This document shows positions 14,701 through 26,544 of a stretch of DNA of 64,000 nt, in pieces. The notes beneath the pieces were generated by a model. It did no database searches, had not been told where the DNA came from, and saw only the letters and a list, made by a program, of their open reading frames with translations. The first letter of the stretch is position 1; each line of letters begins with the position of its first letter. The stretch comes from Amoebophrya sp. A120. Its lineage: Eukaryota > Protista > Dinoflagellata. The stretch covers positions 579,091 through 643,090 of the forward strand of contig CAJINV010000003.1 in the NCBI GenBank assembly GCA_905178155.1, read 5' to 3'. A program made the translations under genes and the position numbers.

Positions 14701-16353
14701 ACGACCAAAGTCATCGCGAAAAGGCTCGAAGCAGCCGGCTACGACCGGCTTACCATTCGCCAGACGCAACCGAAGGCCGGCGAGCACATCCACAGCTTCA
14801 GCGATGAGCTGAGTCGCCGGGAGTTCTATGTCGAGGAGTACCGCGCCAAGATCCGACTGCGTCAGCAGGAACACGCCCGCGAGCTTGATAACCTCCTCCA
14901 TGGCACGGACCCGAATGCCATCGAGATGACCACCGGCCAAAAGGAGGCCTACTATGACTTCATGGATGGAGATGACGGCACCGACATCGGCATCCTCGAC
15001 GTCGTCGTGTGCAATGAGACCGCAGGCGCGGGAAAGGCTATACTGATCCGCGCGATTGAGCTAACGTGCTACCTGACCGAGACAGTTGTCATGTTGCTGG
15101 CGTCAACAGGCCAGGCGGCGAGCATCATTGACGGCCTTACGATGCACGACGGCCTCGGTATGACGATCGACCTCGAGGACAACAAAGCCTGGGGCGAACG
15201 TACCCAAGCGCTCGTCGGTGCGGCGGACGTCTATCTCCTGGATGAGTTTGGAATGTCAAACGAAGAATGGAACACCAACGGGGGCAGGCGGGTAGGGCGG
15301 GAGGTCCTACGGTATAAGCAGCTACGGGGGGAGGCGTCTCTATCGGCAACGCCGGAGCTTTGGGGCGGCAGGGGCAAGAAGGTCGGGCATTTTGGTGATA
15401 TCTACCAACTCCCCAGCGTTCTGCGACTTACAAAAACCACCGACGCGCTCATAGGGACAACCTCGCAGCCGTTTCGCAAATATTTAGAGGGGTTGGAGCA
15501 GTTTCGCTACCTGAAGATCAACAACGGCGGGCACAGTCCGCGCTACCTGGCGCAGGCGTGGAGCAACGAACTTGACCCCATCCGCACCGGGGAGACCGAG
15601 GCGATCGACCTGACTACTTTCGGGCGGATCGGCGCAGAGGATGTGGAGTATTCCTATCAATGGCTGGCCGAACGGATCCGCATCGGGCTCGGGGTGGAGG
15701 CGATGAACAGAGTCGAGATCGTTTGCGGCACCCACAAAGAGCGCCGGCGCATCCTTGCCGTTCGTGCTCGGGCTTTGCACACGCTCCACCTGCGTGGCCG
15801 CTCGTACTCGCCGCTGCTCCTCAATATGCAAAATCCCCTGCTGGAAGGCTTTGACGACGAAGAATCCACGCGCGCGGAGAAGTTGGAACTCTTCAAGGGC
15901 GAACGCGTTGCCTTGACTGGTCCCCTGCGTCTGCTGGACAGAACCTACGCCACCAACTCCCGCGGCGTCGTGACCGGCTTCGGGCGCACGTTCGTAGACG
16001 TCCAGTTTGACAAAACGGGACACGAAGAATCAGTCCCGCTGAACTCGACCTATGAGGAGGACGTGGACGGTGACCCCGGCGCGCGGTGGCTGGTGCTTGC
16101 GATCGGTGTCCGGCCGAGCCTGGCCAGCACGATCCACAGCTTCCAAGGGCGCACCGTGCCGGTCGGCGTCCTGTATGTGATCTCCATCGCCACGATTTGG
16201 ATTCTGCATGGGGTTGCGTTCGCCTTGTTCAGCCGTCCCCGGCAGCGGGAGCAGATAGCGATCTACCGCGAGAACGCAGTCGCCACACTTGAGAACCTTG
16301 TCGATCTTGCTACTTTTGGTCTACCCGATTCGGGAACATATTGGTTTCCGTGA
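11797..16353 (+). CDS. Helitron-type Rep/helicase (HUH endonuclease plus PIF1-family SF1B helicase, N-terminal CxxC-rich region)
   Basis: Intronless 1518-aa ORF. Rep motifs: DLMTTAT (cf. DLFITFT), EPQPTSGRPHQHMLTW (cf. EFQKRGLPHAHILLW), RYVLKYPSK (cf. KYLFKYVxK). PIF1 motifs: ETAGAGKA, LASTGQAASIIDGLTMH, LLDEFGM, WGG..GHFGDIYQLPSV, STIHSFQGRT, HGVAFALFSR. Confidence 0.88.
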   Translation: MGELSGRILWPDRCVVCQFRRRETETGSDICRVCNGFSTACDKCQTRYPAGYFNFPDRINAKDCAKLAEAQKWPSAAPPVSHRGFFPVLEVFESLAGGPEVSQLDNLCRPCAIRANVFGAAEYQDARPAEVFGEMVPEWAPCRWCGAHVYEGTEAAWCPQTNAQKSCSLCNDGAEALAADFWADLIAGREEYVNEWEGVPKASARYARASEAVALMRYQFEPAKVRAQTGQPRKYMGRPADSFPLGSQIYSYGTGLWCPQYLTKSLGIQVALAVAGGGRVPKAQEKKAALDMFQLLARPLGGHPVYSSPTFQEYLHDPGPVAGIGLELDGGGICGVTYRTGPAHLQEGSEVFFPTSSAHDLDAKKLLQKHKILTQLWEKLLGVEFPGLFVNGLNLPPHVTTKFFLRQYFARPEMTCPVLYDLHQTLLLRFSLNQRQRQILMFQAAFQKNNPGKIPRRLPANIPGSMEEISQQRGKAFAIMRKLGACDLMTTATQADDTRELQAEAARRPWGTCAVLDEPCPSVRAFQAKMQLHAESVTQIYGECAVVSWGKEPQPTSGRPHQHMLTWFASPLLTATGFDEFITRSRDWIPAEFPGWKETGDRVFYHHHAKSCLRPGHTQCRAWIPAILVSETFLDERGFLQIETLEEDVCYVGIDKKTFCRFRAHCHATGVGGANRVRYVLKYPSKLTPAVKKNNQASGSWQMFEQAEEVFNEVEALHAAQVLTASEAAADLYGFKRFGTHVPEGTIRVVVVSRWQIERAQLFHGPALSTEFVNNWLDRPEKYFSWSLERFTLGTVTRSDRVLVERYARWHPDINGEEFQAANRLGVVLELGQLREFADFVRDNSKTILMAAQISRKAEKILAEHRPRLEICHIKGKTHEDTYLLWLCALHLVDRADVVEYFTDPNASMKRWNYPAHLKQFVFQNFLEELSELRPQSGLLPTFVKYFANFDAEARRVAWQWLEDEHKFTTKVIAKRLEAAGYDRLTIRQTQPKAGEHIHSFSDELSRREFYVEEYRAKIRLRQQEHARELDNLLHGTDPNAIEMTTGQKEAYYDFMDGDDGTDIGILDVVVCNETAGAGKAILIRAIELTCYLTETVVMLLASTGQAASIIDGLTMHDGLGMTIDLEDNKAWGERTQALVGAADVYLLDEFGMSNEEWNTNGGRRVGREVLRYKQLRGEASLSATPELWGGRGKKVGHFGDIYQLPSVLRLTKTTDALIGTTSQPFRKYLEGLEQFRYLKINNGGHSPRYLAQAWSNELDPIRTGETEAIDLTTFGRIGAEDVEYSYQWLAERIRIGLGVEAMNRVEIVCGTHKERRRILAVRARALHTLHLRGRSYSPLLLNMQNPLLEGFDDEESTRAEKLELFKGERVALTGPLRLLDRTYATNSRGVVTGFGRTFVDVQFDKTGHEESVPLNSTYEEDVDGDPGARWLVLAIGVRPSLASTIHSFQGRTVPVGVLYVISIATIWILHGVAFALFSRPRQREQIAIYRENAVATLENLVDLATFGLPDSGTYWFP

Positions 16354-16869
16354 TTGGCTCGCGTCCTCTTGAAGGAAGCGCGCCCACTCTAGGCAAATTG
16401 CCCTTCGTATTTTCCCACGTTTTAGACTTCTCGTTGTCCAGTCACCCTGCCCCTTTGTCGATACACGTAGAGCCTTTCACTTATTTTGTCCTTCTTGTTC
16501 AAAGCTAACTTCTGCCGTTTGTCGATACTTGAGAAAAGCCACCCACTTGCAGACTTCTGCCGTTTCTTTGTCGATACCTAGATGGGCAGCGCTACCGATC
16601 CCATTGCTAACGTCTACCGCTTGTCGATACCTGAGAGGAATTATCTCCCTGCCCTTGGGGCGCGGCTCTTGGAAGTACGCGGCTCCAGGAACGAATGAAC
16701 AGACGCAAGACCTCGAAAAACCACAGGCATCTGAGAAATTGCACGCAATTGATCCGCGCAAGAAAAAAGCCAGCCAGGTGCTGCTCGAGTCCGTTCGTCT
16801 TGTATGTGTCTCCGGGCATAGGATTCCCAGCCGGAAGTCCGGGAAGGCCGCTCCGTGTTCTGCCAATCA

Positions 16870-17552
16870 GAGGCCGGGAAATGAGGGGAGCCGGGAAAAG
16901 GTAAACGTAAACCGGAAGAAGAGGAACGGGGAAAAGGCAAACCGGCAAAAGAGAAACCGGGAAGAGGCAAAACAGGAAAAGACAAACCGGGAAAAAAGAG
17001 CCCGGGAAAACAAAAAAAAACCGGGCCAAGAAAAACCGAGAAAAGACGAACCGAGAAAAGAGAAGCCGGAAAAAGGGAAACCGGGAAAAGGGAACCCGAG
17101 AAAGAGAAACGGAGCAGAAAAGGGAACCCGGCAAAAGGGAAGCCAGGAAAAGAAAAACCGGGAAAAGAGTAAGAGAAACCGGGAAAAGAGAAACCAAGAA
17201 AAGAGAAACCGGAAAAAGAGAAACCGCGAAAAGAGAAACCGAGAAAAGAGAAACCGAGAAAAGAGAAACCGAGAAAAGAGAAACCGAGAAAAGAGAAACC
17301 GAGAAAAGAGAAACCGGGAAAAGAGAAACCGAAAAAGAGAAGGAGAAACCGAGAAGACCGAGATTCCCGGTTTCCGGTTTCCGGTTCTCGGTTCTCGGTT
17401 CTCGGTTCTCGGTTCTCGGTTCTCGGTTCTCGGTTTTCAATTCTCGGTTTTCAATTCTCGGTTTTCAATTCTCGGTTCTCGGTTTTCAATTCTCGGTTTT
17501 CAATTCTCGGCTCTCGGTTTTCAATTATCGGTTCCCGGTTTTCAATTCTCGG
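16870..17552. repeat. Minisatellite foldback: (AAACCGAGAAAAGAG)n followed by (TTCTCGG)n and (TTCTCGGTTTTCAA)n
   Basis: Visible 15-bp purine-rich tandem units up to ~17350, then 7-bp and 14-bp pyrimidine-rich units whose core TTCTCGG is the reverse complement of CCGAGAA in the left arm. Confidence 0.92.
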
Positions 17553-17989
17553 ATTTGCGTTGCTCAATTCGTCAAAAATCGTGCCTGGCCATGGATTAAC
17601 TTGATATAGATCAATCTCAATCGGAAACGCAAACGCCGAAGAATGTTGATCGCAATATAAAAAAATGTTGCCTCGTCTCGTCCAACATAGTTGTACTCCC
17701 TTTTCCTCAATGCCTTTCTCAGGTGACAAATAAGCACATTGATGTTCATATACATGGTTCTTAAGTAGACATTCAAAGCATCATCAACATAGCCATAGGA
17801 CACGTGATGGATTCAAGATTTCTTAGACGTCGAAGAAATATTATGGGATATGGATGTCAATGAGAATGTGTGGAGGAATGTTATCGTTTTAGTACGAATT
17901 ACAATTAGGATTGTGTTTGACAAAATTTAATTTTCATTCTTGAAACCCCCGGTCTTTACCCTTGAAAGGAAACAGAGTCAGATACGAAA

Positions 17990-20900
17990 ATGGACGACGA
18001 TCTCCTGCGTGAGCAGGAAGAATTTCTGCGGACATACAACCAGTCCCGCCCAGGTGGTGCTTTATCCAGCAGTTCCAGCTCGAACGACCAGCGCTTACCA
18101 AGCGGAGTCAGGTTGGTGCGACCCGGCCAGGCCCAGGGTCAGCGCAATCCTATAGCTTCTGCAAGGGGACGTCGACAGAGTGACGATGTCGACCAGGATG
18201 GAGGCGTATCTGGATCTGGAAGCAATGACCAACAGATGAAGAAAGAGGGTACTCTTGCCGTCGCGTCCTCGGGCAAAATTGAAAAGAAAGGTAGCACGAG
18301 GACGGTTTCTGAAGCCATCAAGCGTGCGGATCCGGAATTGCAACGCATTGACGATGCTCGCCGGGTGCACGAGCAAAATTTCCGTGTGGGAACAGGCGAT
18401 CAGTTTCCCCGCGTTTTATCGTCCTCGAGAACGTCGAGGCACGTCGTTGACAGCAATCGTCACGACACTGGGCGAGGACGAGCAGGTGTTCACGACGGGG
18501 TTGAATTGGCTCATGATGCGAGTAAAGATTCTGACGCAGGAGTAGAGACGGGCACGCGTGGTCGAACGGTTGAATTACAAAAGAAGAACTACGTAGAAGA
18601 TGTTGGAATAAAAACCGCCAGGACCACGGACGATGACGGACCTAGTTGTAAATCGGCGAGTACATCAACGAGTCGCGGGAATAAAACCCCGCTGCCGGAG
18701 ACTGGAACAGTTCTCGGCGAGATCGTCGAGCGAGTCCTGGACGCGGAAAGGAGCCCGGAAAAGAGTACTCGTTTTGGAGGCTGTGGCTCGGGAACGCTCG
18801 ACGCGATGAATAACTTCTTGTCATCTGTCACCAGCCGCGCGGCCGGACCACTACGTACCAAAATGAAAAGAGGAAGCCTTTTTGCGCAGATGCGACAAAT
18901 AAACACGCAGGCTGAAGAGGATGTTGACACAGTAGTTTCGTGTGTTGCTACAACTTCCTCCACCACGAACACAGACACAGGCGCGACTACTGAGTTACCG
19001 TCAAAAATGTCGTCGACGTCGCAGCCAAGTTGTTCTAAACCACCTCCACCTTCGCTAATGAGTAAGTCGCGCTTGAGTCCCATTGACGAAAATTCTGAGC
19101 TAGATAAAGATCCAGCAGGCGCTGTTTCGTCCGCATTAGAAAAAAACGAGGCCGAGCACCTGGAAAAAATTGCAGCGGAAGCCTCGAAGAGGTTGGATGG
19201 GATGTCGCACGAGGAAATTATTGCTTCTGTGGCCGAAATCAACAGCACCCTTTCGCAGTCGCAAGTCGAATTCCTCAGAAAGCGCGGTAAAGCCAAGAAG
19301 TTGCAGGATGAAAAAAATCAAGGTGTTGACAATGCTGAGAATGGTGGGAGCGCAGGACGAGGCCGTGTAGATTTAAACCGAGCAGTACAGGAGGGAAAGG
19401 TTACGAACCAGGACGGGGGCAGTCGCAGTCTATCCTCTTCTAAGCGCGGTCGGACCTCGATTTTCAAAAAGCAGCGCAACGTGATAACTACATCCGCTGC
19501 TGCACAAAGCGCCGACGAAGATGCCGCCACACCACACCTCACGACCACGCGACCATCCGCACCGGCCCAAGAGGATGTGGAAAAACGAGGTTTTGGCGCG
19601 TTTTTTGACCACGCGCCTAACATCGTGGAGAAGGAGCCGGCTGGCGAAACGCAATTGGTCGTCGACGTGGAAGACTGCATGCAGCGATTGGCGAAAGCGA
19701 AACACAAAGCTCTTGTGAGCAAGGTCGACCACAACGACAAGAACACTCTAGAAGATTCATCGGAAAATCGGCCTGCAAGAACGCCTCAGCTGCAGGAGCA
19801 ACATCCGCTGCCGCCTCTGCGTTTCTCGAAAAACGAGTTTAAGAAGTTGGAGTGGACCGAGCCCGTTGTGGACCCGGCGCCGCTGGAGGATATGTCCAAG
19901 ATGAAAACAAACGCGAGGGATGATGTGAGGTCCTCAGGACCACGTCCTCGGGGTGGACTGATTCTGGATAACTTTCGGTTCGATACGGAGGGCAAAGTCG
20001 TCGAGGAAAGCCAGCTCGGGGACACCTACCAGCCGCACCTGTACCATCATGGCAAAGAGCCGCACCGGGCGGGATACACCTTTGAGGAATTGTTGCGTTT
20101 GGCGCAGAGCGGCAGCACACCGCAAAAGACCATGGCCCTCGCTATCCTCGCCGCGGCAGTGGACCAGATTTGGCTGCTCGAAGGGAGGTTAGCAGGAGTG
20201 GAACAACCGCAGGCGAAGAATTTTTACCCTTGTAGTTCTGCAGACGAGTCGCTCGCGGAGGTATTCGACCAACTACAGGACGTACCCTCGTTGATGTTGC
20301 CACACCTGCTCGACCCTGACGCGAACGTGCGCTGGCACGCGCTTCTGGTTTTGAAAAACTTCGTCGCCGGGGGTTATGATCGCACAGGTAATACTAATAT
20401 TTTTTTTAGTTTGAGACTTCTGCGTGTGTTTTTTCATGTCGTGATTGATTTGAAATCAATCAGCTATCATTTTTACATTGGTTTGCAGTTCCCTTTCGAA
20501 GTTTCCGTTCAAAGAAGTTGCAATGAAAATGATGACATAACTGAACCATTATAGAATACTTGCACTGACTATCTTCAATCCAGTGACGAGAATTCTACTC
20601 ATGTACCACCAGTCTGAAAAATACAAAAATAAGTATGACAGAGAAAAATTGACCTGATGGCAAGAATCGCGAATAGGTCGTTGCGCTCTCATCTTTTCAT
20701 TTTTACGTAGAATTTTTGAAGTGCCAAAGAACAGTGCAAGTAGACGAGATGAACAGCGCGACATCCTCCCTAAAACCAAACACAGATTTTTCCCAAGACG
20801 TTGACGGTGCCACCGCGTCATTCTTCTACGCCAACCCGAAGTGCGTCACGTGGTTGGATATTTGCGAAGAGTTGTTGGGTGTCGACGCGGTGCCGGGACC

Positions 20901-23900
20901 CGCGGCGTTTCGACCGCGACCACAAGGTCCGGCAGATGTCCTGCACGGGCTTCTGGAGCAACAAAAGCGCGTCAGTACCCGCAAGATTCATGTGGCGGCA
21001 AAACAAGGCGACGTCGACTTGGGTGGTGGATTGGACGAAGTAGAACAACCCAGCAATAAAGCTGCTGCGGCTAGCGCTAGTACACAGGCCGCGGATGACA
21101 GGGAGGACGATGAGAACACGAAGTCGACTGCAGCTACTAGCCTGGATATGAAGAAGAAAATCGACCTTTCACTGGACGTGATCGGTATCCTTAGCCAAAT
21201 ACGTGAGATGTGCCTCAAGTTCGCTCCGCTACAGCAGGAGCACGACGCGGAAAACTACGAACGAGAGGACGGTGTTAATAAGAGCTCTTCGCAGAAGTAT
21301 GTCAGTCACCGTGTAGACGACGATTTCATTCCCTCGACTGACCAGCTGGTGTTCCAGCAACCGGTTAGTGAACGTTTGTTGGTGGTCAAGCTGCTAACTG
21401 CATTGATGCCATACCTGCGTGTGGACGATTGTTTGGAGAGAGGCGAGGGCGGGTCTTCCGAGGGTCACATCAGTCTCCAAATCATCGCGCATCTGGCAAG
21501 TCTGTCCGGACTCAATCATTGGATGTCGCTTCTTTTCGAATCGTCCCAACAAGCTGCGCAACAAGGGAGAAGAAGTACTACAACCGGTGAAAATGATCCT
21601 GATGAGAACAACAACTACGCAGGAGCCAACTTCAAGAACCACCACCGACAGGTCGTGGACGAGACTCTTCAGCTGCAGGGTCTTCGTGCGGCTATTCTGC
21701 GATTGATCCGTGTTAGCTCGCAGATTGGTGGTCCTCTGGTTACGCGTTTTTGGTTTCAGATGTACGCCGGACGGATCACGCTTGCCGCGCGGGCGGCAGT
21801 CCTGCGGTATTTGACACCCAAGATGGACCACTCCGCTGTTTCTGGTGCCGAAAAAACGAGGATCGACGAGGATCCTTGCTTCTTGATTGAGGGTTGCATC
21901 GAAGGAGTGCGCCTCTGGACGCTGTGGGTGCGGCATGGCCTAGGGGTAGATCAGGACATGGCGGTTTTTTCGGTCTACCTCCGAGAAATGCTCGTTCGTG
22001 GGTTCCAGCATAATAGTACCAACGACGACGACGACCCGGATTTTTCTGACAACAACGCTGCAACTGGTGCCCCTATTGAGGAGCAAGCCGCCGAATCATT
22101 TGACGTGGCCAAAAACAAGCGCACGCAAAAGTGGGTGCTGCTGCAGCAGGGGCTTTGTGCCCTCGTTCTCCGCTTTTTGACGGAGCTCCTTGTGCAACGT
22201 GGGAAACTGGGAGGCGATGAAATGCACGAAAAGCCGTCCCCCGATGCAGCAACGGCCGCGAAGCAACGCGAGGAAGCAGAGGAGCTTTACGACTACGAAC
22301 TTTCGTCGCTCGTCCGTGGCGGCGGGCACTGGTTTTTCGCATGCCCCGATTTCTTCAACTTTTCGACCCTCTTCCGCACGGGAGACCAGGTCGACCCCGT
22401 CATTTTTTACCAGCTGCAGGCATTGCAACGAGAGATGCGAGAGCAGTTTCCCGACGTTCCCACCAGCGACCCCCTGCCGGCTGCCCAGAGTTTGGTGCGC
22501 AGGATAGTAAAAACCTCGTCCACCAAAAAATCTTCAAGCGGAGAAGGAACATCAAAAGGTGGCTTTGACCTCAGAGCAGCCTTGTCACGGCTTTCCCTGC
22601 GAGGACCGGTGGACCCGCACGTTGTTACCGCTTTGGAAACCGCGCACAATACCGGCTACTTCTGTGTCAGCCGCATCGTCAATACGGCTTTTCCGACACT
22701 TTTTTTTCCAGTCTGGAACTCCGGCGTGCAGAAAACGCTGGAGTCTCTGGTGAAGGGACAAGTTTGGACCAGTTCGATGCGGTACCAAACGTCCAGAGAA
22801 AACGCTAGAAACGACTACCCGTGGAAGATGCGCACGGTGCCGTCGGTGGTCGCCTGCTATCCGCCTGTGGACCAGTGTAGGCTGCCGCCAGAGTGCGAGC
22901 AAAAAAAGCAGGAGCTCCCTTTCACGATCGTGCCAGAAGATGCGGTTCTTGGCTACTTCCACCTGGCAGGAGGGTCGACGGCGCAATTATCATCCACGTC
23001 TTCACAAGATGTAGATGGGTCATCGTCATGCCCGGCGCGGCCCCTGCGGAAAAGCTTCTTTACGACACCACCAGGTGGACGAGAAAGTGCTAGGACACCA
23101 ACTTCGCCAAGTCCCTCTGTCGCCCAGGACCATCTACCGATCATGCACTTGCGACACTTTGTACGCACGCATGCTGGAAGCAAGGATCCTGTGCGGGAGA
23201 ACGAGGGCTGCGTTGGAGGGGGTCTACTTTCTGACCACACTATCTCTGTGGCGCAGATCGAATTTGATAGCGACCAGCCAGAAAGTCTCGTTCTCGACCT
23301 CGTTCGGAGCTCCAACGGTCAGCTCCGCAGCGGCGCCGCCGGGATTTTCGAAATGATCGCCAGCTGTGACGATCCCGTCGTCGTGGCACGCTTGCTGCTG
23401 CAATGGTGGCCGCCCCCACCGGGCGTCGCACCTACCGACGATTGCAGCCCGAAGACGAGGAGAAATGACGGCTCTTGCGCTACTAGCTGTGTGCTTTCCC
23501 TGGAGTCCACGAGGTGGACAGCTACGAAAACGGTGTCGGTCGCGTTTCGATTTGCGTGCCTTGCCATGGCCCTGTGTCGTCACTTCGATTCGAGGTTGAA
23601 TGTCCCTGCTGATATTAGTACCCACGTCGCTCATCGTCATCTTCAAGCCGCACTTTGTTCAAGTTCATCCACGGAGGAGCGGGCTGAGCCAACGTCGGGA
23701 TCATCAACAGCAGTAGAACAAGCGACAAGCACTGCCCCATTGATGTCCTCGCCGACTGACCTGCCACAGCTGTTGCTAAAAGTGCACGCGCGGCTGCTCC
23801 TCGGCACGTCGTGGACGAAGACGCCTGATAACAGCGTGGCAGACCTGCTGCAGCAAGTTTGCGAAGACCTGTGCAGCCTGTACCTCTCCTACGGCGACTT

Positions 23901-24027
23901 CATCCCGGTACTGAAAGCGTTTCTGCAGATCCTGCGCGCCGCTGCTTGGGCACCCAAGTCTTGCTTGAACACAATCGAGGAGACTGGTGCGGCCGACCTG
24001 CTCAACCGTGGTGCTGGTGCCGCATAA
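17990..24027 (+). CDS. RPAP1: RNA polymerase II-associated protein 1-like (~1,904 aa), 2 exons
   Basis: RPAP1_N-like motif (KRLDGMSHEEIIASVAEINSTLSQSQVEFLRKRG) and RPAP1_C-like motif (FRFDTEG...LYHHGKEPHRAGYTFEELLRLAQSGSTPQKTMALAIL). Phase-compatible GT-AG intron 20388-20710. Confidence 0.85.
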
Positions 24028-25012
24028 GGATCTTCTGGGTAAAACAAGAAACGGCTCTGCGCATGAACAATATTTATTACAAAGACGAATAATAATAAAT
24101 GAATTCCAGCAGCTTCATCGCAACCCTTGTAGCATCTTTTTTTTGATGAAGAACATAAAATAAAACTGCTGATCGTCGCAAAAAAGGATTACTGTTCAGG
24201 CAAAAATTTCTACTCTTGTGCAAGCAGAGGTAGAGAAGAGCGAGAAGGAGAGTTATTATTTACGATAAAACTAAAAGCAAAGTAGTTGGCGACAAGATCG
24301 ACTTCGCGATTTACGATAAGCGCAGCGCTACGACTTCCAGGAACATCGTTCGCCTTCGCGCCCCGGGCGACCAATTTAATTTTCAGTGCTCCATTCGCAG
24401 TCTGAATTTCATTGCAATGCCGGATTTTTTTCCAAGGCCGGATCTGGTGTGCTTATGCTCGGAAATGCAATATTTGTTCGAGATGTGTAATTCGAACGGT
24501 CCATTATCGTTGTGTTGAAGTAGATCCTCCTCGCTGGCGTACGAATATTTCTCCTCGTTGGATGATGCCTTGGTTTCTTGTTTCTGGCGAGTGATATTTT
24601 TCGTGGAGCATTCGCGTCGTCTAATCGAGATGTTTGTAGCATCAAGTCGTTGCTTGTTCTTTCTCTTTCCTCGTTTTCGACTTCGCGCCCTCGTCTGTAT
24701 GTGATAGTGGCCGTTAAAAATTATATTCGTTAACCTCACTCGGGTTCATCGCTATTCGTTCGAAAAGTACTTGAGTTTCCTATTTTTGTCCAAAACAAAA
24801 AAACTGCTCTAGGGCAGTGGTTACTTGTTCACGCATCTTCATGAGCAGCATGATTGTTGTGAAGACAACCTTTGTGACAACGTGACGGGGGCAGTGAGGG
24901 TTCATCTTCATAGTACCGGAGAAAATCGGAATTATAACGCGACGTCGAGAAAAAATCAGAATGACAATACCGTTTCTTTTCCTTTCTATTGACGTCTAAG
25001 TACACTTCTAAA

Positions 25013-26152
25013 ATGGGAGTTCTGACTCACTTTCTGCAGCATGGTGGCGGAAGGTTCCCCCTCATGTGTGACCACGATGGAGATGGTGGCCGCCCCGACG
25101 GTTCTATATCGATTGGAACTTTCTCGTCCTCACCCTTGTCGGATTTCCTCATCTCTCGCACGAAAATAAATGCGATACCAATGTATCAACACGACATGCC
25201 TTTCGGATCTGGGGAAGGAAAGCGCATCCGCATGCTGCGTTGTACGAAATCCTCGGCATCAAGCGGCACCTCTTTTCTGAAAACCTCTTTCGGCGAGGGT
25301 GAACAAGAAGCGCATCAAGCTGAAGACGATGCATCTTCTGGCACTGCAGCTCCCGACAATGGTGCTCCTGGAAATACAGGGGAAACTACAGAAGGAGATG
25401 ACAGCGGAGTAGCAGAAGGCGAAGGTGCAGGTGGTGCAGGGGCCCCGCCGTCGACGGACAACCAGGAGGCGGGGGCTGCGAACGACGGACATGAAAGTAC
25501 GTCAGGAAAGGACGTCGACGGGGGAGCGGCCTCTTCGCACGAAGATGGTGCGAACGCGAGTGATGAAAATGAGCACCAACACGGAGGTAACAAGGACCAT
25601 GATCAGGACGAACACCGGGGTTCTTCTGTTGATGCGAACGAGCATCATGACCACGAAGACGAAGAACACGACAACAACTATGGCGAGGAACACGAAGCTT
25701 ACCACAACCACCACGATGACGATCAAGATCATCACCACGACCACCAGCACGAACACGACCACCACGGGGGTACCATCCAAGACGTGAAGGGCGGTCACGT
25801 GATTTCCCGGGCCACCGGTGCGAAGGAGGCACTGGGCACTCTGGAGGGCGAGGCCGACGAGGCGGAGTCTTTTGTGCTGGAGCACATCAACGCCGTGCTG
25901 GAGGCGATCAACTTCAGTGGCTTCGTGCTGGCGGTGGGCGGCGGCTCGTACTTTCTGTACTCGTTTTTCCGCTGGAAGAACCTGCGCGATCGCATCCGAC
26001 TCTACCAGGCGGTGACGCTCGCCCGGCAAGGCGATCAGACCATCGCGGCACGGGACCAGCATCTCTCGGAGGCCGTGGACCGGATGCTGCCGCACGAGAC
26101 CGCAGCAAACAAAATCAGGAAAGCCTACGTCTACGACGAGGAGGAATTATAA
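25013..26152 (+). CDS. Hypothetical single-pass membrane protein with acidic and His-rich tract
   Basis: ORF 24989-26152, first ATG at 25013. His/Asp tract (HNHHDDDQDHHHDHQHEHDHH) and hydrophobic segment INFSGFVLAVGGGSYFLYSFF. C-terminus is similar to the gene at 29343-30370. Confidence 0.7.
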   Translation: MGVLTHFLQHGGGRFPLMCDHDGDGGRPDGSISIGTFSSSPLSDFLISRTKINAIPMYQHDMPFGSGEGKRIRMLRCTKSSASSGTSFLKTSFGEGEQEAHQAEDDASSGTAAPDNGAPGNTGETTEGDDSGVAEGEGAGGAGAPPSTDNQEAGAANDGHESTSGKDVDGGAASSHEDGANASDENEHQHGGNKDHDQDEHRGSSVDANEHHDHEDEEHDNNYGEEHEAYHNHHDDDQDHHHDHQHEHDHHGGTIQDVKGGHVISRATGAKEALGTLEGEADEAESFVLEHINAVLEAINFSGFVLAVGGGSYFLYSFFRWKNLRDRIRLYQAVTLARQGDQTIAARDQHLSEAVDRMLPHETAANKIRKAYVYDEEEL

Positions 26153-26544
26153 GCAGGGGCGCTTCATGATGATGTTGATGATGTAATAAATGTGAATTTC
26201 GTGGTCTCGCTAATCTAGAAGTAGTTGTCGGTATCACATCGACGATGAGCAGCAACGGAAGCGTGAAGAACTGATTAGGTCGTTCTTGTGGACGTCGATA
26301 GATGAAGATGTTGATGCACCACGTACTTGATGCAAGTGCAGGTGCAGCAGTCGCCAACAGAGAGAGAGAGAGGGCGGTTCCATCGTCCGGGCGGTTTGTC
26401 TTCTGGGGGGAGTTGGTCTTTTTGGTCTCGATAAAAAAAAAATGAAAATTAAAAATTTCGCAGATTTTCAAACTTGATAAAAATAAAAATTTGAAAATTC
26501 GCGGTTTTCCAAGCGCCTGGGTGTTCGAGGGTAAACAGACGGAC

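Larger units (their letters stand above)
11440..17555 (+). mobile_element. Putative autonomous Helitron-like rolling-circle transposon (boundaries approximate)
   Basis: RepHel ORF, 12-bp palindrome AGCCGGCCGGCT at 11462-11473, and 3' minisatellite/foldback at ~16870-17552. Canonical TC...CTRR ends were not identified. Confidence 0.65.

Noticed and set aside
11797-16353. The Helitron as mobiliser of the introners
   Set aside because: Rolling-circle transposition does not create target-site duplications or use TIR pairs; the introners look like cut-and-paste products.
16529-17599. Long ORFs on both strands (REKRN / FSVSL repeats)
   Set aside because: They are by-products of a stop-free 15-bp minisatellite with no protein-like complexity.
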